Virus record (IMG/VR): IMGVR_UViG_3300009431_001072
Direction: 5' to 3' (one strand)
Length of the DNA: 25,210 bases
Source: a virus
Part shown: positions 23,906 to 25,210 of the stretch, in pieces
Layout of the letters: each line of letters begins with the position of its first letter
Position numbering within the stretch: the first letter of the stretch is position 1
Notes under the pieces: generated by a model
The model's database searches: none
Seen by the model: the letters and a program-made list of their open reading frames with translations, nothing else
Told to the model about the DNA's origin: nothing
Position numbers and translations under genes: made by a program

Positions 23906-25018
23906 ATGAATATAACATGGAATGGAGATCAGTTTTACGGTGTTAGGTCACATGCAAATATAAATAGAGGCCTTGTCACAGCATTAACTGAATTAGGCCA
24001 CAAGATTAAAGTAACCAATATTTTAGATACTAACTTATTCAAGAGTAACAATAAAGCTCACGCAGTAATCAAAGATTCAGAGAATGAAAAGTTTAACTCT
24101 GATTTTAATATATTTAAATTTCCTGCAATTAAAGTAATGACTTCTGCTAAATTTAACTGTATACTCCATAGTGATGGTAGTTACACGTCTACAGTGACTA
24201 ACAACAACCGAATCAAATCATGTCCCTCCACACACTTATGGTTACCGACACCAGACTGTGCTAATGAAGTGAATAAATATACACCGATACCTACTATTGG
24301 ATTAGGAGTTGACAGTGGAATAGATCCTACAATGTTTAATCCAGGAATTGAACCATTTGATTTTGATATATTGAAAAGTACTTTTAAATTTTTCATAGCT
24401 TGTGATGGAGGCAACTCGACTGCAGGAAGGCCACATGGAGGTTTTAGAGGAAGTGACATAGCTATAGAAGCATTTATAGACGAATTTTCTAACAAAGATG
24501 ATGTATGTCTTATTGTCAAAGTAGCTCATAACTACAAAATTATAGATGATTTTATAGTAAGCTCAGTCCTAAAAAAGCCCAATGTACCCAAAATAATTAA
24601 AGACTATGGAAATAACCAGCAAGGTGTTATGGCTGCTAAATTAAAGAGTGCAGATTGCATGCTTTCTCCAATACGAGACTGCAGGTGGGAAGCTTGTATT
24701 CTAGAAGCTTTGGCTTGCGGAACTCCTACGATAGCCACTAATTGTGGTGGTCCCCGTTTGTATGGAAAATATGGTGTGTACTTTATTGATTATAAAATAA
24801 CTGATGCTGACTTGCACATATCACGTGGCGATATAGCTGTAGGTAAAGAATACTGGACGGAACCTTCTGTAGATGGCTTTCGTAAAAAGATGAGAGAGGT
24901 TTATAATAATAGAAAAGCCGCAGAGGAGTTTGGAATGAAAGGTTCAGTATACGTTACTGAAAATTGGAAATGGATTGATATAGCACAAAGAATTATAGAT
25001 TTTTTTAATAAAAACTAA
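23906..25018 (+). CDS. glycosyltransferase (GT1/GT4-like)
   Basis: MNITWNGDQFYGVRSHANINRGLVTALTELGHKI...WEACILEALACGTPTIATNCGGPRLYGKYGVYFI. Confidence 0.82.
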   Translation: MNITWNGDQFYGVRSHANINRGLVTALTELGHKIKVTNILDTNLFKSNNKAHAVIKDSENEKFNSDFNIFKFPAIKVMTSAKFNCILHSDGSYTSTVTNNNRIKSCPSTHLWLPTPDCANEVNKYTPIPTIGLGVDSGIDPTMFNPGIEPFDFDILKSTFKFFIACDGGNSTAGRPHGGFRGSDIAIEAFIDEFSNKDDVCLIVKVAHNYKIIDDFIVSSVLKKPNVPKIIKDYGNNQQGVMAAKLKSADCMLSPIRDCRWEACILEALACGTPTIATNCGGPRLYGKYGVYFIDYKITDADLHISRGDIAVGKEYWTEPSVDGFRKKMREVYNNRKAAEEFGMKGSVYVTENWKWIDIAQRIIDFFNKN

Positions 25019-25031
25019 AATGGTTGAAAAT

Positions 25032-25210
25032 ATGAGTAAAAAAGAAATACTAAAACACGTTTCTTTTAATGATCAAGCCGTGGGTGCTTACTCTGGCTGT
25101 GATGTTAAAAAAGACTTTAAGACATGGTTATCATGGGGAACGTGGTGGCCGTGGAATAGAACTAAAATAACAAAGGCAAGTGAAGAAAACCTTCACAAAA
25201 GAGTTCTAAT
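25032..25210 (+). CDS. N-terminal part of a hypothetical protein (continues past the window)
   Basis: ATG 25032, open to the window end: MSKKEILKHVSFNDQAVGAYSGCDVKKDFKTWLSWGTWWPWNRTKITKASEENLHKRVL... Confidence 0.6.
   Translation, partial: MSKKEILKHVSFNDQAVGAYSGCDVKKDFKTWLSWGTWWPWNRTKITKASEENLHKRVL

Overview
This 25.2 kb window reads as part of a large tailed-phage (or phage-like) genome. Genes are dense and essentially all on the + strand, and no other mobile-element hallmark is visible. From left to right it contains: (i) small ORFs, a NUDIX hydrolase, tRNA-Leu(UAG), a radical-SAM protein and tRNA-Gly(UCC); (ii) a membrane-anchored FN3+dockerin-like protein directly beside a cohesin-like protein, then an SLT-type lytic transglycosylase; (iii) tRNA-Cys(GCA) nested in the 3' end of a zinc-ribbon ORF; (iv) a mostly non-coding region (~6.3-7.35 kb) with five tandem RNA-like modules followed by a complete tmRNA gene (ssrA); (v) a nucleic-acid repair and processing block with an Rnl2-like RNA ligase, Hsp20, RNase HI, a T4-like 5' kinase/3' phosphatase (PNKP) and an Rnl1-like RNA ligase, plus a secreted CBM/FN3-like protein; (vi) a ~11 kb run of glycosyltransferases, methyltransferases and one radical SAM/SPASM-like protein. 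The strongest candidate for an undescribed system is the module array at 6395-6897. Each module opens with a 6-8 bp stem whose two strands covary between copies. In every copy the 5' strand is followed by WTWCAGCAC (four copies have TACAGCAC), and the internal cargo is unrelated between copies. One cargo looks like a circularly permuted tRNA (3' half before 5' half). The array and the tmRNA are each preceded, 55-57 nt upstream, by the same promoter-like block (18 of 22 nt identical). No database search or folding software was used; product names rest on motifs read by eye.
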